Shown: positions 19,656 to 29,348 of the stretch, piece by piece | How the letters are laid out: each line of letters opens with the position of its first letter | Position numbering within the stretch: the first letter of the stretch is position 1 | Source of the DNA: an uncultured virus (IMG/VR IMGVR_UViG_3300031975_000839) | Taxonomy: Duplodnaviria > Heunggongvirae > Uroviricota > Caudoviricetes | Reading direction: 5' to 3' (one strand) | Length of the DNA: 64,000 nt | Virus record (IMG/VR): IMGVR_UViG_3300031975_000839 | The notes under the pieces: model-generated | Told to the model about the DNA's origin: nothing | Databases searched by the model: none | The model's input: the letters and a program-made list of their open reading frames with translations, nothing else | Program-made: the position numbers and the translations under genes

Positions 19656-20888
19656 TTAATTCGTTGAGTTGGTTGGGCCAAATGACATTGGCTCATTTTC
19701 TTCTAATACTTTTTCTCTAGTGATGAGTTCTAGTTCAGAAAAATCTAATTGTATCTGTGTTTCTACAGGCGGTGGATTACCAGATGAATCTGGGTCAAAA
19801 GTTCTAAATCTTTCTCCACCATAAGATACACTCATGTTTGTTAATACACATTCTGATATTGGGTCAAGATATTGGTTTTGACTTCCCAAATACATGTAAT
19901 GAATATTAAAAGTATTTGGAACTACCATTCTTCTACCTTGTCTATCACCACCAACAAATTCTGGTAACATATTTACTTTAAATGCTTGACATATTTGTTT
20001 AATCTCTTGAGCTTCTCTTTCATTTCTGGGCATCATTTTAAACACATATTGAAACTTTCTTTTTGCGATACCTTTAAATGCAAGTTCTAGTCTATCAGAA
20101 ATTATTTGTCCTTGTCCTATTTCATATGCAGCTCTAGCGCCTGGTGCAGCTACATCTGCCATTTTTAATAACGAAGATACGCCAAGGTCTACTGCACCTT
20201 TTTTAAACTGGTCACCAATACTAACATTATCACCTCTCATAATTGAGTCAAATACATTCACTCCAGTCTGAGTTAAAATACCAACTTCAGTATCAGTATA
20301 ATTTGCAGCATAAGATACTTGCACTTGAGGTGGCATATACAACTGTATCGCAGTATCTAAACGAGTGGTGGGTGCTCTTTGAATTGATAGAGTATTTTTT
20401 CCTTTTTGATTTGTTTGCTGTCTTGCTTTTTCTGCCACTACCTCATCTTGAGTTTTTTGTTGAGTTATATCATCTTTCTTTTTTGTATTCTTTACAAGTC
20501 CACCACTTCTTTGAACATTAACTGATTCTGTTAAACTAATTTGTTTTGTGTCAGACTCTCTCACTTCTTCATGCACATTCATCTGAGCCTTTGCACGCTG
20601 TCCATTTTTTGAACCATCTTGTGGAGTTCCATATTTTAATTTTGCTGGTTTAACCTCATTGATAAAGAACATCATGTAATGTCCATGATTACCCACGCCT
20701 GGATCTTCACCTATGTCTAGTGGAAAACTTAAACTTTTTGTTGCATATTTTGTTCTTGTTGTTGATTCTACTGGTGATGTGGGAGATGGTTGCCTACTCT
20801 TAATGATTTGTCCAATACCACCAGCTACCTTTCTAAGTATGGTTGTACCTACTTGAGTAGCAGCACCTCTTGCGAAATCTATGGCCAT
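19656..20888 (-). CDS. 48: baseplate tail-tube cap gp48
   Basis: IQLYMPP, RKFQYVFKMMPRNEREA, CVLTNMSVSY, LDFSELELIT. Confidence 0.85.
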   Translation of the reverse strand: MAIDFARGAATQVGTTILRKVAGGIGQIIKSRQPSPTSPVESTTRTKYATKSLSFPLDIGEDPGVGNHGHYMMFFINEVKPAKLKYGTPQDGSKNGQRAKAQMNVHEEVRESDTKQISLTESVNVQRSGGLVKNTKKKDDITQQKTQDEVVAEKARQQTNQKGKNTLSIQRAPTTRLDTAIQLYMPPQVQVSYAANYTDTEVGILTQTGVNVFDSIMRGDNVSIGDQFKKGAVDLGVSSLLKMADVAAPGARAAYEIGQGQIISDRLELAFKGIAKRKFQYVFKMMPRNEREAQEIKQICQAFKVNMLPEFVGGDRQGRRMVVPNTFNIHYMYLGSQNQYLDPISECVLTNMSVSYGGERFRTFDPDSSGNPPPVETQIQLDFSELELITREKVLEENEPMSFGPTNSTN

Positions 20889-20924
20889 ATAAATATTCCT
20901 GTAACTATTTTATTATTATTTATA
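20888..20924. promoter_or_regulatory. pair of opposed T4-type late promoters
   Basis: TATAAATA on + at 20888-20895 (toward gp4) and on - at 20917-20924 (toward gp48). Confidence 0.8.
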
Positions 20925-20928
20925 CACT

Positions 20929-21375
20929 ATGGCATATAAAGGTATCTATAAACCACTAAACCCTAAAAAATATAAAGGTAATCCATCTCAAGTGATATAT
21001 CGCTCATTGTGGGAGAGAAAACTCATGGTTTACTGTGATAATAATAGTGCAGTATTAGAATGGGGAAGTGAAGAAATTATTATACCATATAAGTCGCCGT
21101 GGGATGGTAAAATACATCGTTATTTTCCAGACTTCTATATGAAAGTTAAGCAATCTAGTGGCAATATTAAAAAGTTTATTATTGAAGTTAAGCCTAAATA
21201 TCAATGCAAGCCACCAGTAAAAAATCCAAAAAGAAAAACTAAAAAATGGTTTAAAGAGGTAGAAACTTGGGGAATCAACTCTGCAAAGTGGAAATCTGCA
21301 ACAGAATACTGTAAGGATCAAAACATGGAGTTTAAAATACTTACTGAAGACCATTTAAATCCACAATATAAATAA
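20929..21375 (+). CDS. 4: head completion nuclease gp4
   Basis: PKKYKGNP, YRSLWE, WGSEE, RYFPDF, IEVKP. Confidence 0.95.
   Translation: MAYKGIYKPLNPKKYKGNPSQVIYRSLWERKLMVYCDNNSAVLEWGSEEIIIPYKSPWDGKIHRYFPDFYMKVKQSSGNIKKFIIEVKPKYQCKPPVKNPKRKTKKWFKEVETWGINSAKWKSATEYCKDQNMEFKILTEDHLNPQYK
21367..21374 (+). promoter_or_regulatory. T4-type late promoter
   Basis: TATAAATA 4 nt before the gp2 ATG. Confidence 0.75.
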
Positions 21376-21378
21376 TAC

Positions 21379-21939
21379 ATGGCTCAAAGTAAATATATAC
21401 AAACTTTAAAAAAACAAGTAGGTGGAAGAAATTTATCTACTGAGTGGTATCGCCAAAAGATAAGAGAATTTGGTATTCCAACATCTGCACAATTAGTCAG
21501 AGAGGGTAGAAGAAAATCCACTCCATTCATAGGTAAATTAAATATGTTTATCTATGATCCAAAATTAAAACAAAAACTCCCATATTATGATATATTTCCT
21601 TTAGTGTTACCATTGGAGTTTTATGCAGAGGGATTTTTAGGAATAAATTTTCACTACTTACCAATTCCTTTAAGAGTGAGATTGTTAGATAGGCTTGTAT
21701 CAGATTATAGTAATAATGATAAATTAGATGAAAGCACTAGATTGAGAGTAACTTATAATAGTGTTAAAAGAATAAAATTAGTTCAACCAACTTTACATAA
21801 ATACTTAAAGGGATATACAAAATCACAATTTCGTAGAATAGATGCAGACGAATTTGTGATTGCAACCATGTTACCAGTACAACAATTTAAAAAGGCTTCA
21901 TCAAGAAAAGTTTGGTCAGATAGTAGAGGAATGATTTAA
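21379..21939 (+). CDS. 2: DNA end protector gp2
   Basis: YDPKLKQKLPYYDIFPLV, GINFHYL, VWSDS. Confidence 0.93.
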   Translation: MAQSKYIQTLKKQVGGRNLSTEWYRQKIREFGIPTSAQLVREGRRKSTPFIGKLNMFIYDPKLKQKLPYYDIFPLVLPLEFYAEGFLGINFHYLPIPLRVRLLDRLVSDYSNNDKLDESTRLRVTYNSVKRIKLVQPTLHKYLKGYTKSQFRRIDADEFVIATMLPVQQFKKASSRKVWSDSRGMI

Positions 21940-22668
21940 ATGGCAAAGTTTGATTTAGGTAGTGCATTAGAGGGAACTGCATACGGAGTATTAAATGAGT
22001 TACTCGCAGAGTTTCGTGATGATGATGGTTACGCAACGCAATCTCGTTATGAGGTGGTTTTACACGCACCTACTGGAGAAAGAGGTAATCAAAACTTAAT
22101 GAACATATTTTCTAAAGTTATGCAAGAGAATACCAAGCAAGGTGTTGCAAGAAGAAGTGGATTAAGATGTAGTCAAATATCTATTCCTGGCAGAACTATG
22201 GAAACTGTACCAGATACAAATATTTATGGGCCACCTAGACAAATCGCACAAGGTGTCACATATGCAGACTTGTCTGCAACATTTCAATGCTCAAGTGATT
22301 TAAGAGAAAGAAAATTCTTTGAAACATGGCAAAGACTCGCATACAATCCACAAACTTGGGCTATGCAGTATTATGATTCCTACACTGGCTCATTAGACAT
22401 ATATCAATTAGATAACAATGATAGAAGAAGATATGGTGTCAGACTTATAGAGTGTTATCCAAAAGCAATTGGAGAGCAAGCACTAGACTATGGAGCTTCA
22501 AGTACACTACAAACAGTTCAAGTATCGTTTGCATATAGATACTATCAATCACTTGCAGACGAAGCAGACTTACCTAAACCACTCGGTGATAGAATTAGAG
22601 ATGTGATAGGTGATTCAGTTGAAAGACAAATATTATCAAAAATACCAAAAGTATTATCTAAATTATAA
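21940..22668 (+). CDS. tail tube initiator/baseplate protein (gp54/gp19-like)
   Basis: SIPGR, ERKFFETWQ, ECYPKAI, VSFAYRYY. Confidence 0.75.
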   Translation: MAKFDLGSALEGTAYGVLNELLAEFRDDDGYATQSRYEVVLHAPTGERGNQNLMNIFSKVMQENTKQGVARRSGLRCSQISIPGRTMETVPDTNIYGPPRQIAQGVTYADLSATFQCSSDLRERKFFETWQRLAYNPQTWAMQYYDSYTGSLDIYQLDNNDRRRYGVRLIECYPKAIGEQALDYGASSTLQTVQVSFAYRYYQSLADEADLPKPLGDRIRDVIGDSVERQILSKIPKVLSKL

Positions 22669-22685
22669 TTAAAGGATGAAAAATT

Positions 22686-23390
22686 ATGGCTTTACCTAAA
22701 TTAGAAACACCAACCTATGAATTGCAGTTACCATCAACAGGCGAAAAAATAAAATACAGACCATTTTTAGTTAAAGAGCAAAAATTATTAATGGTTGCAC
22801 AAGAATCAAATGACCAAACACAAGTAGTTAATACTGTATCAAATTTAGTTAACTCTTGTACTTTTAATAAAGTAAATGCAACAACATCTCCAGTATTTGA
22901 TGTTGAATATTTGTTTTTACAAATTAGAGGAAAGTCAGTAGGTGAAACTGTTGAAGTTAATATAACTTGCCCAGATGATGAAAAGACAAGAGTTCCAGTA
23001 AAATTAAATTTATCTGATATTTTCGTACAAGTTACAGATGAGCATACAAATGTCATTGAGTTAACAGACTCAATTAAAATACATCTAAGATATCCATTAC
23101 TTAATGATTTGGGTGGAGTTGAAAAAATGTCAGAAACAGAAACAGTTTTTAAACTGTTAAATACTTGTATTGATGAAATACATAGTGGTGATACTGTATA
23201 TCATAGAGCAGACATGAGTGACAAAGAACTAACAGAATTTATTGACCAGTTAACAACCAGTCAGTTTGAAAAAGTTATGGTTTTCTTTAACACGATGCCC
23301 AAGTTAAGACACCCAATAACAGTAACTAATCCGAAAACAAAGAAAAAAAGTGAGGTTATATTGGAGGGCCTCCAGAGTTTTTTAGAATAG
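22686..23390 (+). CDS. 26: baseplate hub assembly protein gp26
   Basis: MALPK, YRPFLVKEQKLL, FDVEYLFLQIRGKSVGE, LEGLQSF. Confidence 0.92.
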   Translation: MALPKLETPTYELQLPSTGEKIKYRPFLVKEQKLLMVAQESNDQTQVVNTVSNLVNSCTFNKVNATTSPVFDVEYLFLQIRGKSVGETVEVNITCPDDEKTRVPVKLNLSDIFVQVTDEHTNVIELTDSIKIHLRYPLLNDLGGVEKMSETETVFKLLNTCIDEIHSGDTVYHRADMSDKELTEFIDQLTTSQFEKVMVFFNTMPKLRHPITVTNPKTKKKSEVILEGLQSFLE

Positions 23391-23581
23391 CGCTCTCCCA
23401 TGATAGTTTGTTTAATTACTATAAAACAAATTTTGCACTAATGCAACATCATAAATATAGTTTGACAGAGTTAGAGAATATGATGCCTTGGGAGAGGGAA
23501 ATATATGTGGGATTACTCGCAGAACATATAAGGGAAGAAAATGAAAGAATTGAAAAAGAAAGAGCAAAGTCAAGAAGTTAA
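23378..23581 (+). CDS. 51: gp51-like baseplate assembly chaperone (in -1 frame relative to gp26; first ATG 23441), not in ORF track
   Basis: ALSHDSLFNYYKTNFALMQHHKYSLTELENMMPWEREIYVGLL. Confidence 0.85.
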   Translation, partial: FFRIALSHDSLFNYYKTNFALMQHHKYSLTELENMMPWEREIYVGLLAEHIREENERIEKERAKSRS

Positions 23582-23798
23582 TCGTTACCAAAAATGGATA
23601 GATATGGCTCGTGCAGTTGACCAGTGGAGAATCTTTCCACGAATATTCATAACAACTTATATCTATCTACTCTATGCAGTCGTTATGTGGTATATGGAAT
23701 TAAGTAACCCAACAATAGAGCAAAGTGGTTTAGTCAGTATTGTGGTAGGTGCTGGAGCTGCATGGTTTGGACTTTACACAGGGTCAAGTAAAAAATAA
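23541..23798 (+). CDS. small two-TM membrane protein
   Basis: WRIFPR plus two hydrophobic helices. Confidence 0.65.
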   Translation: MKELKKKEQSQEVNRYQKWIDMARAVDQWRIFPRIFITTYIYLLYAVVMWYMELSNPTIEQSGLVSIVVGAGAAWFGLYTGSSKK

Positions 23799-25492
23799 TG
23801 GCAACTCTTGACGAAGTTATAGCACAACTACAAAAGAACAATAGAAGTGAGGCTGGTAGAGATAGTCGTCACACTATGGCACTTAACGCAATTGCAAAAG
23901 CGTTAGATAGTCAAACAACAAAAACAAGTAAGAGCGATAAAGAAGCTAAAGATTCAAAAAAGAAAACAGACAGAGATGATAAGAAAAGTCGTTTTCGTCA
24001 AATTTTAGATTTTGGTAAAAATTTTAAATTACAAACTAATATTGCCAAAGGTATAACTGGACTTGGTGGTGAACTTAAAGGATTAGGTAAAAGTTTAGGT
24101 GGAGGATTAGCAAGTCTTGGTGGACTCGCAAAAAAAGGTGCTGGTGGACTTTTAAGTTTTATCTCAAAAGCTGCACTGTTTATTTTTCTTCCAGCAATTA
24201 TTGGATTTCTTCAAAGTCCACTTTTTGGTCAAATGATAGATTACATAACAGGCACATTAGTTCCAGCAGTATTTAATTTATATAATAACATAATACTTCC
24301 ACTAGGTAAAGCACTTTTTGAATTAGGCCCAGGCCCTCTTGGACTTTTAGCATTAGGAACTTTTCTAACTGTTAAACTATTACCTATAGTTTTTGGACTT
24401 CTCCCAACTGTTGTCAGATTAGGTTCAGCAATCGCACAGATAGGATTTGGACTTACAAAAGTTGCACTACAAATAGGTATCACACTCGCAAAGTATGGAC
24501 TTAAAGCAGGCGGTAAACTTTTACTTGGACTTGGTAAAGGAATCGTTGCACTAGGTGGTGCATTTGTTTCCATAGGTAAAGGAGTTTTTAAAGCAAGTGG
24601 TGCAATCTTAAAATCAATACCAATGTTATTTGATTTTAAAAAATTGAAAGCTGCTTTCACAGCAGTGAATACACGCATAGGAAAAACAGCAATAGGATTA
24701 AAAGATTCTGCTAAAGGTGGAGCAGCAAAATCAGTAGGTGCGTTGGGTAAGTTTTTTGGAAAGGCAGGGCCCATCTTTAAATTTGCATCTAAGTTTGGCC
24801 CAATAGGCTTAGCAGTTGGTGCAGTTATAGCTGCATTGACTGGTGTATATGTATTCTTGACAGAAACCGAAATAGGAGAAAAGATTTTAGGTGGTATTAA
24901 AAATATGTTCAATAGTGTGATTGAGTTTATTGGGGGGATTTATACAAATAACATAAAACCAATGATTGATGAAGCACTAGACTTTGGTGCGAGTATAATA
25001 TCTGGAATATTTGATCCTGTATTAAATTTTATATCAGGTATCTACGACAGATTCATAAAACCAAAACTAGAAACTGCGATTGATTTCTTTAAACCAGTTC
25101 TTGATTTTTTTAAGCCTTTTATAAACGCTATAAAAGAAAAACTTGCACCAATAGGTAATTTTATAAGTGCGATGCTTAGTGCAGTAGTAGCAGCTGTAAA
25201 AGCAGCTGCACCTTTTGGTGAAAGTCCACTTGAAGCATTTAATAGAGTATTCTCTGAAAAAATGAAAGGTGGTAGTGTTTCAACCACACCAACAACTGCA
25301 CAAACTAATTCTGCACAAAGAACTGAGATGATTGATGCATCACCACAAGTAAAAGAAAATACGAGTGGACAAACAGTAGTTATGGATAATAGTGCAAGAA
25401 CTGTTAATAATGCAACAACAGTTCAGCAAGCAAGTCATTTGATAGTAAATCCAGATCCACTCTTAAGACAACTTACTACAAGCTCCATATAA
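23798..25492 (+). CDS. putative tail tape measure protein (gp29-like)
   Basis: Gly/Ala-rich amphipathic repeats, TM segments; follows gp26/gp51. Confidence 0.65.
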   Translation: MATLDEVIAQLQKNNRSEAGRDSRHTMALNAIAKALDSQTTKTSKSDKEAKDSKKKTDRDDKKSRFRQILDFGKNFKLQTNIAKGITGLGGELKGLGKSLGGGLASLGGLAKKGAGGLLSFISKAALFIFLPAIIGFLQSPLFGQMIDYITGTLVPAVFNLYNNIILPLGKALFELGPGPLGLLALGTFLTVKLLPIVFGLLPTVVRLGSAIAQIGFGLTKVALQIGITLAKYGLKAGGKLLLGLGKGIVALGGAFVSIGKGVFKASGAILKSIPMLFDFKKLKAAFTAVNTRIGKTAIGLKDSAKGGAAKSVGALGKFFGKAGPIFKFASKFGPIGLAVGAVIAALTGVYVFLTETEIGEKILGGIKNMFNSVIEFIGGIYTNNIKPMIDEALDFGASIISGIFDPVLNFISGIYDRFIKPKLETAIDFFKPVLDFFKPFINAIKEKLAPIGNFISAMLSAVVAAVKAAAPFGESPLEAFNRVFSEKMKGGSVSTTPTTAQTNSAQRTEMIDASPQVKENTSGQTVVMDNSARTVNNATTVQQASHLIVNPDPLLRQLTTSSI

Positions 25493-25524
25493 AAAAATCC
25501 CCCACTATGAGCTCTGTGGGGGAT
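25491..25524 (-). terminator. intrinsic terminator after gp32, between convergent genes
   Basis: ATCCCCCAC-N10-GTGGGGGAT with A-tract on the left. Confidence 0.75.
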
Positions 25525-25586
25525 AACACATTAAACTATTTAAACCTAGCTAGCTTCAGCAATAGTAGGAAGTGTCAGACCTTTCT

Positions 25587-26468
25587 TTATGAGTTTGCAA
25601 GTTTTTCAAAATAACCCATTGTATCATCGTCATCTTTATCTTGTTTAGACTCAATTGGTTTGGTATCAACTTTTGGCTCTGCAAAAGGAACATCATCATT
25701 AATGTCCTCTGTTACATTTCCAACTGATACTGTTCCAGAAAGAACTGCATCTAAACGAGTTTTAAGTTCCTCGTATGACTTGAAGTTTGTTTGTGCAGTA
25801 AACTCTTTAAGTGAATATTGATTTTTCCAAATCTTATTCAAATCTTCATCAGATTCTTTTAGTTTAGATGGTGCATCAAAACTAGATTTGTCATAGTTCC
25901 AATATCCATCAACTTTACGAATCTTCAATTTAAAGTTTGCACCTTCCCAAAAATCAAAAGGATTAATTGGTTTTTCATCTTCAAATGCTGGTGACATAGC
26001 TTCATTAATCTTATCCCAGATTTTCTTTCCATACTTGAATAGAAAAACTTTACCTTCGTTTTCTGGGTGCTTTGGGTCACTCACAACATAGATGTTAGAA
26101 AAGTATTGCAACTTTCTCTTTTGTTTTCTTGCGATTTCTTTATCAGACTCTAAACCTGAGTTCCACAATTTAGTATTGTGTTCTGACACAGGGTCTTTTT
26201 GTCCAATAGTAGTAAGAGAGTTTTCAATATACCATTGTCCAGTTGGGCCTTGAAATGCGTGATTCCAAACTTTTGCCCAAGGCATATCTTCACCTTGAAC
26301 TTCTGGTAAGAAACGAATAACTGCGTAACCATTACCAGATGAATCCAATACTGGCTTCCAAAGTCTTTCGTCTACATATGATTTTTTCTCTTGAGGTGCA
26401 GAATCTTCTTTTACTGCATTGAGAAGTTTGTCAAGCGAATTGCTCTTCTTAAGTGCGTCTAACGACAT
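25587..26468 (-). CDS. 32: single-stranded DNA binding protein gp32
   Basis: GNGYAVIRFLP, WYIENSLTT, PFDFWEGANFKLK, acidic tail. Confidence 0.97.
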   Translation of the reverse strand: MSLDALKKSNSLDKLLNAVKEDSAPQEKKSYVDERLWKPVLDSSGNGYAVIRFLPEVQGEDMPWAKVWNHAFQGPTGQWYIENSLTTIGQKDPVSEHNTKLWNSGLESDKEIARKQKRKLQYFSNIYVVSDPKHPENEGKVFLFKYGKKIWDKINEAMSPAFEDEKPINPFDFWEGANFKLKIRKVDGYWNYDKSSFDAPSKLKESDEDLNKIWKNQYSLKEFTAQTNFKSYEELKTRLDAVLSGTVSVGNVTEDINDDVPFAEPKVDTKPIESKQDKDDDDTMGYFEKLANS

Positions 26469-26478
26469 AGTAATCTCC

Positions 26479-27144
26479 TTATGTTATCGTATGTTTAAAT
26501 GTATCGTATGTTATATATTTTAAATTAAAATTAGTGAGAGATTCAACTGAGTGTTGAGGTTCAACCCAAAAAAACTCAGTATCTCCAAACTCCCTAAAAG
26601 TAGTACACAACTGTTGTTTCCATTCAGGGTGTTCTATTTGTTTAGGATAGTTTTTTGTTCCCTCATATATATTATTTATACTCAAATCAAATCCAAGTAA
26701 AAATAATTCTTTAGCTCCTTGCTGACACGCAAGATGAATTGCAGTCGCACCAGAGCACCACTCTCTAGGATAATCAATGTTAGATACTTTATCTACATCA
26801 TCTATCCATGTAGTATATAAATCATCATTTGGTTTTCCGTTTATTACACAACCATTTTCAGTAGGTTCATTTTCATAAAAGTTTTTGAATTTTAAATTAA
26901 ATGTACTACCCATAATGGTAAATTCTCTTGGTAGTATGTTCCAATCTAAAAACCAGCAATTGTTTTCTTTTGCATATCCTGATGTATAGATTTCATGCTG
27001 AGCGCCATAGTCTACAGAAACAAGGTTATCCACTTTCATATCACGATAAATCGCATTACAACCCCATGTAATAACATTATCAAAAATAGTATCATCATAC
27101 TTTAAACGAGATTTCCCATTTCCATAGACTATAACTTTACTCAT
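26479..27144 (-). CDS. hypothetical protein with Maf/sialyltransferase-like Rossmann motifs
   Basis: VYGNGKS, WGCNA, VSVD, SGATA, LLGFD. Confidence 0.55.
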   Translation of the reverse strand: MSKVIVYGNGKSRLKYDDTIFDNVITWGCNAIYRDMKVDNLVSVDYGAQHEIYTSGYAKENNCWFLDWNILPREFTIMGSTFNLKFKNFYENEPTENGCVINGKPNDDLYTTWIDDVDKVSNIDYPREWCSGATAIHLACQQGAKELFLLGFDLSINNIYEGTKNYPKQIEHPEWKQQLCTTFREFGDTEFFWVEPQHSVESLTNFNLKYITYDTFKHTIT

Positions 27145-27808
27145 CTCTTAACGCTCTCCAACTTATTGGAAATAATTTTTCTGCTTTTGTATCAATTAAA
27201 TCACACACTTGTCTTGACTCTAATTGTGCATCAGGCTTACATCTTAAATTACAAACTCTTGCAAACGCATATAGACTCCCACTCCAATACCATTCAGTCA
27301 TCATTGATTGTGGTAATATCATTCTAGCTTGCTCTGGTGCAATACCAGATTGTAGCATTAAATTATAATTTCTTAATGCATCTGATTCAATTTCCTCTTT
27401 AAGTGAAGATGTTGAAACTGAATACAATGCATTTTTTTTAATTTTATCAACTGTTTTATTTTCATCAGAGCCTTGTTTTTTATTCTCTGCTTTTCCTCTC
27501 CAAGAATCAACTTTAAAAAACTCTGGTTCAGTATCTACATATCTACGACTTACTTCATTCCATACTAAACCTACTTGATGTTTTACTAACTGTCGTGCAA
27601 CAAATACTGGTGCTTTAATGTGAAACTGTAAAGATGCATGCCCAAATGGACTCCAATGATTATGCCTTGCAAGATAATTAATTAGTCCAACATCTTTTGC
27701 ATCAAATTGTTCTTTTCTTTTACCAAAAGACACACGAGCTGCGTTTGCAATAGTCAAATCACTGCCCATGTGGTCTAATAGTTCTACTGTGCTACTGCTT
27801 AGCTGCAT
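27137..27808 (-). CDS. thyX: flavin-dependent thymidylate synthase ThyX
   Basis: NAARVSF, HWSPF, RQLVKHQVGLVWNEVSRRY, EQARMILP. Confidence 0.95.
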   Translation of the reverse strand: MQLSSSTVELLDHMGSDLTIANAARVSFGKRKEQFDAKDVGLINYLARHNHWSPFGHASLQFHIKAPVFVARQLVKHQVGLVWNEVSRRYVDTEPEFFKVDSWRGKAENKKQGSDENKTVDKIKKNALYSVSTSSLKEEIESDALRNYNLMLQSGIAPEQARMILPQSMMTEWYWSGSLYAFARVCNLRCKPDAQLESRQVCDLIDTKAEKLFPISWRALRDE

Positions 27809-28019
27809 TTCTATTACTATTGTAGTATCGTTGTGGACGATACCCCTTTGGCCAAGCTGGTTGGCGAGATGCAAGTTTTTTACACCTCTCTAAAAGTTCA
27901 GAATTGCTTTTTTGCAACTCTGCAAGGTCATATTGAAGCTGTTTTACTTTAGCTTCAAGTTTGTCTGATTTGTTTTCAAACCAGTCTTTGTCTTTTTGCA
28001 ACTGTTCATAAGTTGACAT
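27792..28019 (-). CDS. hypothetical coiled-coil protein
   Basis: AGGAG SD; upstream TTGACA-17-TAGAAT promoter at 28052-28080. Confidence 0.6.
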   Translation of the reverse strand: MSTYEQLQKDKDWFENKSDKLEAKVKQLQYDLAELQKSNSELLERCKKLASRQPAWPKGYRPQRYYNSNRNAAKQ

Positions 28020-28602
28020 CTTTACTCCTTTTTATTGATTTAAATAAGTCTATTCTACATTGTTTTTTGTCTATTGTCAAGAACTTTTTGTAATTATTCA
28101 TTAAATAATTTATATTTGGCCAAACCACATCATCTTTTAAAGATATATTCCAATTTGAAGTATAATTTGTAATCTCGTCTAAAATAATCATGGTTTCAAT
28201 TGATATTCTTTTTCCTAGATATTCTCTTAATAATTTTGGGTGTCCACTCTTTGGAACTACAAATATAATTTTCCCATCTTCAAAGTTTTTTAATAATAAT
28301 GAAATGTCTTTTTTAAACAGTTCAATTAAATTAGTGTTTTTCCATTGAATATAATTTTCATCAGTAAAATTACCAACCCACCCTTTATTTTCTTTAACAA
28401 AATTAGATACAAGATAATCTTTTATTTCATCTTTAGTTTTATATTTGCGTGATAATTTTACGAAAAAAGACCTGTCTTTTCTTTTCCAAAAAGAATCCCT
28501 AGATACTTTTGACTTACCCTCATACTTAATAAAATCATAATCACTTTTACCAAAGTGAGCTTTCATTGCACAATACATTAGATAGATATCAATAGGCTCC
28601 AT
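28006..28602 (-). CDS. 59: helicase loader gp59
   Basis: YCAMKAHF, YDFIKYEGK, RKDRSFF, ISIETM. Confidence 0.88.
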   Translation of the reverse strand: MEPIDIYLMYCAMKAHFGKSDYDFIKYEGKSKVSRDSFWKRKDRSFFVKLSRKYKTKDEIKDYLVSNFVKENKGWVGNFTDENYIQWKNTNLIELFKKDISLLLKNFEDGKIIFVVPKSGHPKLLREYLGKRISIETMIILDEITNYTSNWNISLKDDVVWPNINYLMNNYKKFLTIDKKQCRIDLFKSIKRSKDVNL

Positions 28603-28814
28603 TAAACTGGAAGTTTTGCTCGTTTAGGAAAATAATTTAAATCTCTTGCGTTTGCTTCTATTTTGTCTTTGAGACCTTTTGATACAAGTCTTGCAACAGA
28701 CTCAGGTTCAAGTTGATGTTCTTTGCAGTATTCTAAAACTGCTTCCATGTGTGTGATTTTTTTCTCTCTTGCAATTGTTTCCACTTCAAGAGAAAAAGAT
28801 TTTGAAGTTAACAT
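28602..28814 (-). CDS. 33: late transcription coactivator gp33
   Basis: FSLEVE, MEAVLEYC, LKDKIEANARDLN. Confidence 0.88.
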   Translation of the reverse strand: MLTSKSFSLEVETIAREKKITHMEAVLEYCKEHQLEPESVARLVSKGLKDKIEANARDLNYFPKRAKLPV

Positions 28815-28880
28815 AACGACCCTCATAATAAAAAAAAATGATGGTTGTTCCAAGTACAACCACCAAAACTTAATACGATT

Positions 28881-29108
28881 CTATTTGCGATTAAAAACCC
28901 AAAATAGAACACCAACTGCAACTAAACCAACTAACCCTTGGCTACCCAAAGCGTTAACTAATTGAATTACATTGGCAACTACATCACCACCTACAAATGG
29001 CACAGCCTCACCAAATAAGACTTGTAGTACGACTGCTAGTGCAACCACTACAAGACCTAAATCTAAAATGGACATAAGCCATTTCTTCGCAGTTTCAAGA
29101 TAGTTCAT
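28881..29108 (-). CDS. small hydrophobic membrane protein
   Basis: Strong AGGAGG SD; LQVLFG...LGSQGLVGL; upstream TTGACA promoter near 29198. Confidence 0.75.
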   Translation of the reverse strand: MNYLETAKKWLMSILDLGLVVVALAVVLQVLFGEAVPFVGGDVVANVIQLVNALGSQGLVGLVAVGVLFWVFNRK

Positions 29109-29348
29109 ATTGCCTCCTTTTTTTTGATGTTAATTGTTTTTTCAGAGTACAACTAACAAAACTCTAATAGTCTAACACACTTAATGATAGTATGTCAAGA
29201 CAATTTCAATAATTGGAAACTTGTTTCATAACATAGGTATTACCAGCTATATCAATACCAACTGTATTTGCGTCATGTATTAACACTGCAATAAAAAATA
29301 GAATGATTGCTAGAATCCACCTAGTTATTGTTTTTGTACTTTTTTTCA

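Noticed and set aside
24241..24912. 223-aa antisense ORF and the many other opposite-strand ORFs in the track
   Set aside because: They shadow well-supported genes and have no SD or recognisable motifs.
28839..29163. GTTTT...GTACT hairpins as type II CRISPR repeats
   Set aside because: Only two divergent copies, separated by a whole gene, with no cas genes.
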